Assembly (NCBI GenBank): GCA_965240325.2
Contig: OZ251227.1
Coordinates: 3,348,001-3,412,000, forward strand
Origin: Rebecca billardiae RCC1528
Lineage: Eukaryota > Protista > Haptophyta
DNA length: 64,000 nucleotides
Direction of reading: 5' to 3'
Shown here: piece after piece, positions 11,532 to 22,795 of the stretch
Position numbering within the stretch: the stretch's first letter is position 1
Layout of the letters: each line of letters starts with the position of its first letter
Translations under genes and position numbers: made by a program
Notes under the pieces: generated by a model
What the model was told of the DNA's origin: nothing
The model's database searches: none
What the model saw: only the letters and a program-made list of their open reading frames with translations

Positions 11532-12272
11532 CGAGTGAGAGGGGCGGCGGCGGGAGCCGGCGAGCCGCCCTGCGAGGGCAGGCCTCCAGGGCAGGCCCTC
11601 GCGCGCGATGGGCGCACGCCAAGCTCCGCCGCGCCAAAGCCCCAGGCCCGCAGGCGGATCACCAGGGGCGCATCAGCGTCATCATCATCCCATCCACATT
11701 CTGAATTCATCACGAGGTCCTGGCAATGATGATTCCGAGGTTTTCCGAACTCGCGTCGGCGGCAGCTCCGCCTGCCGCCCTCCCGCCGAGCGATCCTTCT
11801 CCTCCGTCCCACTAGCCAGCGTGCTTGCAGCCGCAGCTGTCGACCCGCCGCCCTCGCACGGCCCGGCCCGCCTCGCCCTCGGGGAGCCGCTGCCCGGTCC
11901 GGAGGCGGAGTCCGGTCGGCCGTCGGCCGCCGCTGCCGCCGAGAGGCGAGAGGCTGCGAATGAGTGAGCCGCCCGCACCGCGGCACCGCCCACCGGCACC
12001 GGGCTGCCGCCGCCGCTGGCCGCGCATGTGGGCATGTGGCGGGCAGCAGCATGGCGCCATCACGCCCTGGGCTATGGCCGGCCCGCTGCTGCCGGATGGG
12101 CCGCACCCGCCCGCCCGCAGGCAGCGCCGCGTACACGCCGCCGTGGCATACATGTACCGCCATCCCGCATCCAGGTCCGCCGGGCTGCGGCGGGCGGCCC
12201 CGGGCGTGCGGCATCACTACTGCTGATAATAAATAATAATAAATGATGACAGTAGCAGATGACGACGATATA

Positions 12273-12925
12273 TGTGATGGGGTTGTTGGCACGACAATAA
12301 TAACTGACGACGATTGTCTAAGAGGCCCGCGGTGCCGCGGCGCGGACAGCAGCAAATGCAGCAATGCGCCCGGTACTGCTCTATCTTAAAGAATCATCTC
12401 GACCAACGCACGACCTGCCTGCCATTATATTATTTATATTTTATTTTATTTATTAATAATAATTATTAATATATATATCATATATCCTATTATATATATA
12501 TATGTATATATATATTCGCCTCATCATTCGGCCTGAGCCAGGCGGCGCCGAGCTCAATGGTCCTGCTGCCATCTCGGCCCGACCCTCACTTCGATCATCG
12601 TGATCGTGCGCCACGAGGGCCTTAACCTTTCGAGTTTCGAGCCTACTGCTCTGTGCTCTTGTGCGCACGCACGACGGCCTATAGAACGACTTACTCGCTG
12701 CGCTGCTCAGTGCTCCTGGGCCTTAGGCTAATAAGTATAATAATAGGCGAGGTTGGCATGGCGGTCAGGACGGCCAATTGGTGAACGGGGTTTTTCATCA
12801 GGCGCCGAGCCAACCGACTGCTACCGAGTACCGACGCTGCAGTGCAGTGCCTCTCGGGCTCTCGGTCACTCTGAGACTGAGACTCTCGCCTCACTCGCAG
12901 CGCAGAGTCACGCCCCGTTCAGGTC
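12273..12925 (-). mobile_element. Degenerate, internally deleted and insertion-expanded copy of the family A element
   Basis: 12273-12722 aligns collinearly to the reverse complement of 39809-40031, and 12744-~12925 to the reverse complement of ~38810-38936; right boundary approximate. Confidence 0.88.
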
Positions 12926-13100
12926 CATATCTAGTATCTACTGAATAGAGAGAGAGAGATTCAGAGAGAGAGACTAGAGACGACGATATTAATAATTTAT
13001 TATACTCAATAATAATAATCTATATTATATAGTTAGGCGCGCGTGCCCGGTCATCACTGAGAGTCATCATCGCAGCATCAGCTTATTATTATATTTATAC

Positions 13101-13192
13101 TAACGACGTGGTATGCAACGGGCAGGCGTCAGAGTCAGCAAGCTGTAGCAGCAGATCGAGCAGCAGAGACAAACACCAGGATCAGCGCTCCT
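13101..13192 (+). repeat. Dispersed repeat, family D, copy 2
   Basis: 91/92 identical to 6363-6454. Confidence 0.9.
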
Positions 13193-13317
13193 CGCCGTCG
13201 TCCCCCCCCCCCCCTCGTAGTCGCCCATCACTCCATCGCCGAGCGGAAGCTCGACGCACCGAGTCTGGCGTCGACGCGCACGGCGCCACCGCGGTGGTCG
13301 CGGTGCGCCATAGCATA

Positions 13318-13404
13318 TGGCATTATTCTTCCGAATCCGACTCCCGCGTTCGCGTCTTCCGAATCCGACTAATTATACGAGTCGGATTCGGAAGAATAAT
13401 GCCA
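13318..13404. repeat. 87-bp inverted repeat (26-bp perfect arms), MITE-like
   Basis: TGGCATTATTCTTCCGAATCCGACTC at 13318-13343 and its reverse complement at 13379-13404; partial third copy at 13355-13370. Confidence 0.85.
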
Positions 13405-13571
13405 GCAGCAGTCAGCACTCGCATCCGGTGACGTGACTCACCGTGACTGTCTCACCTGCGTCCGATTCGGCTGGCTCGGTCGCGCGGGCGGCCTGGGGGG
13501 GGGGGGGGGGCGGCCACCGTGCAGGCCTGCAGCACAGGCGCACAGTCTGACCGGCAGGCGGCAGCGCCACT

Positions 13572-16500
13572 CTACGGCTGGCGGGACGACTGCTGCAGCT
13601 GCTGGTCACCAAGCGGCACCAGCTGGCGCGGCGGCAGCTGCTGCTGAGCCTGCTGCGCGGCCCCCTTCAGCGGAGCAGCGCCGTCGTGCTGCGCTGCGGC
13701 CGGAGAGGGCACCAGGCTCATGAGGTCGGCGAGCCCAAGGCCCGGCGACGCGCGCCACTCGCACGCCGCCGTCGCGAGGCCGAGGCCTGGGCTGCCGGGC
13801 GGCGGCCGGCCCTCGGCCGCGCACGCGGCGGCGGGCGACGCGGCGGCTGGCACCGTGGTCGCGCCGGGCGGTGGAGCGGCGCTCGTCGGCGCGGCGACGG
13901 CGGCGGCCGGCGCGGCGGCAGCCCGGGCCCAAGGCCCACCGCCTGGCGTTTCCACGGGCTCGGCCGCAGCCTCCGCGCCCGCGCCGTGCGGGCCGTGCGG
14001 CGGGGCCGGCTGCGCCGCGCCCGCGGGCGCGTACTCGGCCGCGGCCGCCGCCTCCGGCTGCGCGCCCGCCGCCGAGATTGCAATCTCGTCCGCCGCCGAG
14101 ATTGCAATCTCGCCCGCCGCCGCCGCCGCTGACTGCTGGCGCGCCGGTGAGCGAAGCAGATCGCTCAGGCTGAAGTCGTGCCGTGCGCGCAGGCAGGCCT
14201 CGATGTGCGCCTGTGCGCGGAGGGGTAGGGTAGGGTTAGGGTTTGGGTTGGGGTTTGTGAGGAGGAGGGGAGCCAGGCAGAGCGCACAGCCGAGGCGGGC
14301 GCGGGCGGCGCGCGGTGCGAGCGAGGCCCCGCGCGAGCAGGCAGCTAACCCTAACCCTAACCCTAACCTAACCCTAACCCTAACCCGGTGCGAGCGAGGC
14401 CCCGCGCGCGCAGCCAGCCGCGCGCGCCGCGCGCGCCGCGCACACGTTCTGCTCGTCCAGCCCGAGCTGGAGCTGCGCGGCGCACACGGGGCACACCGGC
14501 GCGCGCCCGTCCGGGTGGAGCAGCGAGGCGGCGACGAGCGCGCCGCTCAGACCGCCGCCATCGCTGTGCTCGAGCAAAGCCTTGCGCTTGCGATCATGCG
14601 CGCGCGCGGAGCGCGCGGCCGCCTGGCTCGAGCGCTTGGCCGCACGCTCGGACGCCTCCGCGTCGTCCTCGGCGCGGCGCTCGGCGGGCGGCGCCGGCTC
14701 GGCCGCCACGATCCTGAACGGCCGCGCGCGCCTCGACTTGGGCTTGGGCGCGCTGCGCGCGCGCTTGCCCCTCGGCGCGCCCGCGTCCGCGCCGCCGCCG
14801 CCCTGCGCCTCGCCGAGCTGCCCCTGCCCCTGCTGCTGTTGCCTGGCCAACGCTTCGAACGGCTTGTCCGAGCCGTAGTTGTAGAAGATCTCGTCGCCCT
14901 GCGCCCGGCGCGCACGCACGCGCCGTCCGCATCAGGGCCCCGCGCGCGGCTGCCGCTGCCACTGCCGCTGCCGCGTGCGCGTGCGCGTGCGCGTGCGCGT
15001 GCGCGTGCGCGTGCGCGTGCGCGTGCGCGTGCGCGTGCGCGTGCGCGTGCGCGTGCGCGTGCGCGTGCGCGTGCGCGTGCGCGTGCGCGTGCGCGTGCGC
15101 GTGCGCGCGCGGGGCCGCGCGCGCCGCGTGCGCCGCGCGCGCGGGGCCACACCTCGTTGATGCGCTGCGTGGCGGTGAGGTAGGCGCGCATGGGCACGAG
15201 CTGCTGGATGTCGCGGTGCGTCCCCTTCGGCGTCTTGAAGCACAGCCGCGCGTTGTACATCGGCTGGCACCGCGGGTCGTTCGCCATCGACGCGGCGCCG
15301 AGCTCCCAAGCAGCCGCGCCGGGCAGAGGGTAGTGCCGTCCGTCCGCGGCGGGATTGGCCGCGTTGGCGCGCAGCTCGAGGGCGAACTGGCGGCCGTCGA
15401 TGAGCTGGCCGCCCGAGCCCGGGATGCGCACCATGTAGCTCTGGTCCAGCCCGCGCGACGCCTCCACCTCCTCCTGCGCGCCGCGCGCCGCGTAGTGTCC
15501 GCGCGCGACAGCTCGTCGGCCGGCGCGCGCGCGCGCGCCGGCGGCCGCGGCGCCGCGTGGCGCGCGCGCGCGCGGCGCGCGCGCGGCGCACCTTGAAGAG
15601 CAGCGGCCCCGAGTAGGCGGTGATGATCTCGCCGCCCTCGAACGGCTCGCCCGCGAACAGCCCGAGCCCCGCCTGCGCCAGCCCGGACTCCCGGACGAAG
15701 ACGCGGCCGTTGGCGAGTGTGCCAAACTCGTCGGCACACGAGATGAACGGGAGGCGGCCATCCTCTTTCACCATCTGCTGCGCGCACGCGATGGGGCGCG
15801 CGGCGCGGCGGCCGAGGAGGTCGGTGGTCCCCGACGCGTCCTCGCGCCTCGCGCGCAGGCACGCGTCGCACAGCCGCGCCTCGTCGTCCGTCGGCTCGAG
15901 CTCGACCCACGCCGGCCGGGAATTGGCGCGGCACTTTGGGTGGAAGAAGTTGGAGCACTCGGCGCACTGCGCGCCGCCCGCGTTCGAGTTGACGCCCTTG
16001 CACGCGCAGGACCACGGGCGCTCCTCGGGCTTGCGCGGGCAGCGCACCGCGTGCATCAGGATGCCGCGCTCCGTCGTGAACACCTTCGCGCACCAGCGAC
16101 ACTCGTACGCGCACGCGGCCTGCGCGAGCACGTCGACGCCCGCCGCCTCGAGCTGCGCGCGCTCGCAGCCGGTGCAGAGGTACGACTCGCGCAGCTTGTC
16201 GAACTCGCGCGGGCTGAGCTGCAGCCGCTCGCACTGCACGTGGAAGAACTTCTCGCAGCAGCCGCACCACAGCTCGGGCGCGCGGCGCGAGCACACGCCG
16301 TGGCAACGGCAGCCATACGCCTTGCCCTCGCGCGAGTTGCGCGCCGCGAACTTCTGCTCCTCGCGCGAGGCCCACATGCGGTTGGCCGCGGTGTCGCGCG
16401 TGCCCTTGCCCAGAAAGTCGCGCAGGATCTCGAGCTGCCGCGTCTGCGAGCGCCGCCGCTTGGCGCGCGCGGGCGACGGCTCGGGCGGCGCCGCCGCCGC

Positions 16501-16644
16501 CGCGGACGCCGCCGCCGCCGCCGCCGATGCGGACGCGGCCGGCGCGGCGGCCGCCGCCTGCGTCGTCAGCGCGCACGCCGCGCGCATGTCCCCGCCCACG
16601 CGCAGCTCCAGCCGCACGCGCACCTCCCCGCCGCCGTCCGCCAT
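13572..16644 (-). CDS. PHD-ZnF-PHD-SET-UBZ4 protein lysine methyltransferase-like; exons 16644-15592, 15473-15153, 14898-14446, 14210-13572
   Basis: Two C4HC3-like PHD fingers, YECRWCAKVF..HAVRC finger, SET motifs ESGLAQAGLGLFA..GEIITAYSG / SMANDP..NA / ATQRINE|GDEIFYNYG, and CPVC..DEQN|AHIEACL joined across intron 3; all three junctions GT-AG and in phase. Confidence 0.85.
14222..14386. repeat. Two oppositely oriented telomere-type arrays in intron 3 of the SET gene
   Basis: Degenerate G-strand array 14222-14258 and (CCCTAA)n array 14345-14386 on the + strand. Confidence 0.9.
14973..15106. repeat. (GCGCGT)n hexamer array in intron 2 of the SET gene
   Basis: About 22 units of strictly alternating purine-pyrimidine sequence. 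Confidence 0.95.
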
Positions 16645-17395
16645 GCCCGAGTGCGCTCGATGAGGCGCCGCGCTGCTCGAAACTTCAAGTTCGCCGCAGC
16701 AGCTCGCCTTGCCGCAGCGCTGGCCGATGCGCACGCCGCCGCGTGGCGGTTGGCACGACGCAAGACAAACGGCGGGCTCCCGGACTTGATGCGATCGATT
16801 TGAATGTCCGGCCGGGCAAGCCGGTCAGCAGAGCCAGAGAATGAGATGGGCTCCGCACGCGCCACACTAACTTGTTCATTCAGCTGATTCAGCGTCGCCA
16901 ATCAGCCAGAGACAGAGTGCTGCGCTGATATGTATCATGGCGCACTCGATGACGACGATTCGCGCCGCAATGTGGCGGTACTACAGTTCGTGCGCATGGA
17001 AATATGTCCTGGATGACTGCATGACTGCCGCGGGTGGCATCAAGTTCGGCCGGCCTTCGGGCAATCGCCAATGAAGTGAATGAGTACGCCAATCGCCACT
17101 ATCGAGTATCGGGCGGGCCTCAGGCGGCCGCGCCGGCCGCGCGCCGCCGCCGCCGGCGCCCGCGCGGCCGGGGCCCCCGCCGCGGGCCGCGGGGCGCGCC
17201 GCGGCGTGCACTCACTGGCGTGGGTCGGACGTAGACGAGACGTAGTGCTCGGACGTGCGCGGCCTCAGGCTCAGACGTCAGAGTCAGACTCAGAGTCTGT
17301 CTGCGAGGCTGAGTCCGACGACCGACTGTCACTGATGATGACGCGATTGATTGATGATGACGCCTTGAATCTTGATGATGCGCCAATTTGCGCCA

Positions 17396-17969
17396 TCAGC
17401 CCTCGGCCGGCGCGAAGATGTGCCGCTCGGCGTACTCGCGCAGCGCCTCGGCGCACGTGCGCTCCGCCGCCGCGCCCCCCGCCTCGCACGCGCCCTTGCG
17501 CGCGTACCCGGCGCGGCAGTACCCGCCGCACGCGTCTCGCTGCGCCGCGCCGCGCGGGAGCACCGCGTCAAGCGCAAGGGCACGCTCGTCGGCGGAGAGC
17601 CCGCGGAGGCGCGGGAGCTGCGACGAGCCCGCGGGGAGCTCGAGGGTGGTGACGAGCGCGCCCGTCGCCTCGATCGCGCGCGCGAGCCCCTGCGCGTCCA
17701 CCGAGCCGCCGCCCGACGGCGCAGGCCGCCACGCCAGCCCCTCAGGCGCGCCCTCGGCGCCGAGCGATAACGAAGCGCGCTCGCCCGACACGCACGCCCG
17801 GTCGTTGGCGAGCTGGACAGGGCTGGCGGCGCTGATGCAGTAGTGGAAGGCGTGCACGCCGGGCAGGCAGACGTTCGTGTCCTTGTCCGCGCTCAGCGCC
17901 CACACGAACGTGCAGCACGCACCCTCGGCCTCGGCGGCGGCGGCGGCCGCCGCTCCGCCGCCGCCGCCC

Positions 17970-18006
<37 letters not shown>

Positions 18007-18786
18007 GCTCGGCCGGCGGCGCGCCGCCGCTGGCCGCGCCGCCGGCGTCGGCGGCGCACTGCGCGCCGGCGAGCGGGATCGCCGCGACGCGCAGGTGCAT
18101 GAAGCGCGCCGCCTCGCCGCCCGCGGCCGCACCGCCCGCTCCCGGACCGCCCGCTCCCGGACCGCCCGGACTCGGCGCCGGCTGCAGCGACTGGTCCAGG
18201 CCAAGATGGCCGCCGGCGCGGCGCGGCACCCAGGGCTGTGCGCACGGCGCGAGCAGGTCGACGGGTCGGGCGCCGGCGAGCGCGGCGACGAGCGCGAGCC
18301 AGACGCGCGCGTGGTGCGCGGCCGCGGCGAACGCGCCGACCGAGCCCGCGCGCCGCCAGCCCTGCGCCAGCCCCGGCCCGCCGAGCCGCACGAGCGCGCG
18401 CGCGTCCGCGCACGCGCACGCCGCGCCGCACGCGCGCGCCGCGTCCGCGCGATCGGCGCTCGCGCGCGCCGCGGGGAGGTCCACGTCCATCGCGTTGAAC
18501 GAGGCGCGGCCGAGCGCGCGCGCGGTGCTCGCGTGCGCGGCCGACGCCGCGCGGAGCAGCGCGAGCGCGCCCACCGGCTCCGCGCGAAAGTCAAAGTGCC
18601 CCAGCGCCGCCATGTAACGAATTTTCGGCGCGGCGCCCACAAAGTGAACTAGGGCGGGGTTTGCGGCGCGCGGCGCGCCGCCCGCGCCGAGCGCGAGCGC
18701 GCCGGAGAGCGCGGTCTTGGAGGCGAAGTTGAGGATGAGCGCGGGCGTGCCGATCGCGAGGCTCTCCTGCTCGCCGCCGCCCTCGC

Positions 18787-18819
<33 letters not shown>

Positions 18820-18839
18820 CCTCCGCCCCGCCGCTGGCC

Positions 18840-18870
<31 letters not shown>

Positions 18871-18887
18871 GCGCCGCGCGCCGAGCG

Positions 18888-18932
<45 letters not shown>

Positions 18933-20563
18933 TCGTCCGGAGCGAGCTCGTGCGCCAGGGCGCCGTCCGGCGCGCCCGTCGGCTCCCACAGGACGGTGTG
19001 CGCGAGGCCGGCGGGGTTGCGCAGCGTCGCGCTGCCCTCCGCGCCGCGCCACCGCGCCTCGCCGCCGTCGAGTGCCGCCGCCGCCGCCGCCGCCGCCGCC
19101 GCGCCTGGCGGCGCGCCGCCGCGCCGCCCGCCCGCCGCGCCGCCGCCGCCGCCGCCGCCGCCGAGTGCCGCCACGCCGTCGAGCGCGTCGAGCTCCTCGC
19201 CGCCCGCCGCGGCGTGCAGCTCGCGCGCCAGCGCCTCCACCGCCGCCGCGCGCTCCGCCTCCGAGCCCAGCCCGCGCATCGCGCCCACGACAGGCACGAG
19301 CGCGCGCGCGCGCTCGCCGAGATTCAATCTCGGCTCGGTCCAGTGGCCCAGCGGGTGAGTGAGCGCGGCTTCTGATTGGTTGCGCAGGCGCTCCCAGCTG
19401 CGGTGCGCGTTGGCGGCGCCGGGCGCGAGCGGCTCGCCGCGCAGCCCCTCGAGCCGGAGCCGGTCGCACGGCCGGTTGTGCAGCGCCGCGCTCAGCGCGT
19501 CCCGCGTGCGCACCCGCCACGTCGCCGGGTGAACGACTGCGTGGACAGCTGCCGCGCAGCACGACGAGGCGACGACATCTGCCATCAGCTGGTTCGAGCG
19601 GTGGTACGGCCTCGGCGCGTGCGGCGGCGCGGTGAGGTTGCGCGCGTCGGCGTCGGCCCACCAGCGCGGCGCGAGCTCGGCCGCGAGCAGCGCGAACCGC
19701 TCGTGCCGCGCGAACGCGCGCGCGAACAGCGCCTGCGCCGCGCCGCGCGGGTCGCACTGGTGGCAATAAACAATTCCTAAAAGAATTCCGGAGCAGCCGG
19801 CGCCGCCGAGCGAGAAGTGCGGCGCAAAGATGAGGTGGTGCCGGCTGAGCGGCGGGGTGCGGAGCGCGGGGTACGGCGAGCGCACGACCGACACGTCCGC
19901 GTCGAGGAAGAGCGGGTTCACACGCGCGCGGATCAGCCGGCGCAGCAAATGCAGCTTGGCCCACTCCAGACGATACGGAAGGTTCGGAGGCTCGAGCGCG
20001 CCGCCGGCGAGCCCGACGGAGCGGAAGGAGGTGTGCGCGCACGAGGCGCGCCAGGGCTCCGCCGCGAGGAGCGCGCAGTGGTCGGGCTCGAGCGTCACCA
20101 CCAGCGAGTGCTCGATCCCCGCGCGCCGCAGGCCCCACACCAGATTCACCGCGTACGAGGAGGCGGGCTCGGTCGAGATGGTGAACACAAATTCGCCGTG
20201 CCGCGAGCGCGCGGCGAGCGCGCGCTCGAGCTCGCACGGCTGCTCGAGGTCGCCGCCGCGGTAGACGGGGACGTGCGAGCTCTGCGGCACGGCCGCGTCG
20301 CGCGCGCGCCCCTCGTTCGTCGCCCACGTGTACTCGGCGCACGCGCGGCGCGGCCGCGGCCGTATTGCCGCGGCCGCGGCCGCGCGCGCGCCGCCCGCCG
20401 CCGCCGCCGCGGGGGCGGGCCCGAGCGGCTCGGCGAGCGGCTGGGCCGGCTGCACGCGCTCGGGCGCGCCAGCCCAGCGCAAGCTCGTCAGCGCCAGCGC
20501 GACGCACATCGCCGTGAGCACGCAGATGTGCATCGCGCGCGGCCGTCGGAAGGCGGTCGCCAT
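17396..20563 (-). CDS. Nucleotide-diphospho-sugar transferase (GT77-like), type II membrane protein with long C-terminal extension
   Basis: N-terminal TM (ICVLTAMCVALAL), AVNLVWGLRRAGIEH, WAKLHLLRRLI..VNPLFLDADV..RSPY (DxD), LVHFVG. Confidence 0.78.
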
Positions 20564-20630
20564 CGTGCCGCGAGCTGCTCGAGCGCGTCGCGCCCGGAGC
20601 ACTTGCTTTGCACCTCGCCCACCCCGCCCC

Positions 20631-22256
20631 ATGCGCCGCGCGCCGTGGCTGTGCTTCGCGCTGCTCGCCGCGTCGGCCGCGCGGCCGGCGCGGGGCGGGC
20701 GGCCGGGCGACGGGCTCTTCGAGGCGTCCGTGCCCGCGTACGTCGCCTCCGACCTCGTCGGCGCCACGCGCCGCGCCGCGGCCGCGCGCTGCGCGTCGCA
20801 GCTCCCGGCGATGCGCGCGCACGTCGACCGGTACCGATCTCTTGAGAAGGTTCTCGTCTTCGAGCCGCCGACGTGGGAGACGCAGGGCATCGGCACGCTG
20901 GTGTGGTGGTACATCGGCGCGTGGAAGGCCGGGCTGGGCACGCGCCGCGCCGCCTTCTTCTCCAACGGCGACGGCGTGCGCTCGCGCACGTTCGAACTCA
21001 ACGCTCGCTTCCGCGTCGACGCGCTCGGCGACAGGGGCGAGCTGCTGAACTGGAATTGGTCGGAGCGCGGCGTGCGCGGGAACGTGAGCGCGGCGATGCG
21101 CGCGCGTGGGCTCCGCGAGCCCGACGCCGAGCTGCGCGTCGTCTGCGAGAAGGCCAAGGCCTGCGCGTTCGAAGCACACGCCGGGCCGGGCGACGGCAGC
21201 GGCGCGCGCCGGCTCGTCAAGTCGGCGCGCTCGCTGGCGGCGGCGGCGGCGGTGCTCGCGTCGAGCGCGTGGGTGCGCGTGACGATGTGGGACGGGGACC
21301 ACGGCCGCGTGCGCCCCGTCAAGAAGTGGCCGAACTGGCTCACCCAGCCGCTGCCCGGCGTCAGCCGGCCGAACGGCGGCGTATTCGACTGCGGGACACA
21401 CTGGCTGCTACGGCCGGCGCCGAGCGTGCAGGCGGCCATGCTGCCGATCGTGCAGGGCGTGGACCGCGTGGGCGGCGCGCTGACGGGGCTGCACATCCGC
21501 ACGCTCGCGCTCGACATCATCTTCAAGGGGCGTGCCGCGCGCGGCCGCGCCTGCCCCGCCGAGGAGCTCCGTCGGCAGCGCGCGCTGCTTGGACTGAGCG
21601 CGCGGCTGCGCGGCTTGCAGACAGCGCCCAACCGGAGCACGGCCGAGCGCGCGCTCGGCGAGGAGTGGCGGCTGTGGAACGCGATGGCGGCGGAGAACTG
21701 CCCGAAGTGCGCGACGGACCCGTTCGAGTGGTGCCACCCGCGCGGCGCGGGCGCCACCTCGCTCCGCGTCGCGGGCGAGGGCGCGCTGGTAGGCATGGTG
21801 CGGTGCGCGCTCGCGCACGGCTCGCGCGCGCCCGCGCGCCGCGCCGACGGCCCGACGCGCGTCTTCGTCTCGACGGACTCGCTCGGGCTGGTGCAGCTGC
21901 TGCGCGCGACGCCGGGGCTGGCGCGGCTGCTCGTCACCACGGGCGACGCGCCCGCGCACGTGCAGTGCGACGCCTCGCGCAAGCGGCAGCACGACGCGTG
22001 CGGCTCGGCGGCGGCGCGAGATACGGCCGAGATCAAGGCGGCGACTGATCTCTCACTACTGGGCCTGGGCGGGTGGGCGATGCAGTACTCGGGCTCGACG
22101 TTCTTCACGCTCGCGGCGGCGATCAACCCGCACCTGCGTGGGGCCGCGCCGGGCGACATGGCGGGCACGTGCGTGCGCGCGCCCTGGAGCATCCCCGGCT
22201 GCAACCGAGAGCTCGTCCACTGGACGGACGCGTGCGCGGGCGCGGCCGCCGAATAA
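20631..22256 (+). CDS. Fucosyltransferase-superfamily (GT23/GT37/GT11-like) protein
   Basis: Signal peptide; QGIGT, GLHIRT (motif I), RVFVSTDS (motif II), ATDLSLLG..SGSTF (motif III). Confidence 0.65.
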   Translation: MRRAPWLCFALLAASAARPARGGRPGDGLFEASVPAYVASDLVGATRRAAAARCASQLPAMRAHVDRYRSLEKVLVFEPPTWETQGIGTLVWWYIGAWKAGLGTRRAAFFSNGDGVRSRTFELNARFRVDALGDRGELLNWNWSERGVRGNVSAAMRARGLREPDAELRVVCEKAKACAFEAHAGPGDGSGARRLVKSARSLAAAAAVLASSAWVRVTMWDGDHGRVRPVKKWPNWLTQPLPGVSRPNGGVFDCGTHWLLRPAPSVQAAMLPIVQGVDRVGGALTGLHIRTLALDIIFKGRAARGRACPAEELRRQRALLGLSARLRGLQTAPNRSTAERALGEEWRLWNAMAAENCPKCATDPFEWCHPRGAGATSLRVAGEGALVGMVRCALAHGSRAPARRADGPTRVFVSTDSLGLVQLLRATPGLARLLVTTGDAPAHVQCDASRKRQHDACGSAAARDTAEIKAATDLSLLGLGGWAMQYSGSTFFTLAAAINPHLRGAAPGDMAGTCVRAPWSIPGCNRELVHWTDACAGAAAE

Positions 22257-22795
22257 TCTATATAGCTGCTAGTGCTGGTAACGTTATTCGCGCGCGCCGA
22301 CCGAGGCTTGGGGGTTATACGGAATTAGCTACTAGACGGCCGTTACGACCACTGATGTAGTATAGACCGTTTTCCGGGCTGCGCTGCCTAGCAGTACCGA
22401 GTGGCGATGCCAGAGTAGTCTAGCAGTACAGCTATATGTGGGGTTATTGGTACAATAACTGATTGTCTAAGAGGATGACGACAAGAACGCCGGGTGCCAG
22501 CGCCGCTCATCAGCCACATCGCCCTCTACCAGACCATCGCCTCAAAGGGCGCTGCTCCCGGACAAACAGTCTGTCCGGGTTGTTCTGCCGCCCACCAGGA
22601 GACTCTAGGGGGTCCATGACAGCAGCCCACTGAATTGTGATTTTCGACAACCATGCGATTTAGGTGTCTGACGAGCGTGGCGCTTGCGGAGGCACCCACA
22701 AATATGTCCTGGAACCCAGCCCAGCCGTCAGAAGCACCCAAAACCGACTCCGCGCGTCGTCGCGCGGTCGTGCGCGCACGCCAGCTGCGCCACTG

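Noticed and set aside
14073-14112. Twin 16-bp palindromes CGAGATTGCAATCTCG as regulatory sites
   Set aside because: They lie in a coding exon and are explained by one 24-bp in-frame duplication.
20564-22204. N-terminal 547 codons of the 1602-aa minus ORF, and other long antisense or alternative-frame ORFs (e.g. 389-1912, 1913-3952, 18591-21401, 60762-63608)
   Set aside because: Arg/Ala/Pro-rich shadows of real genes caused by stop-codon scarcity at very high GC; no motifs.
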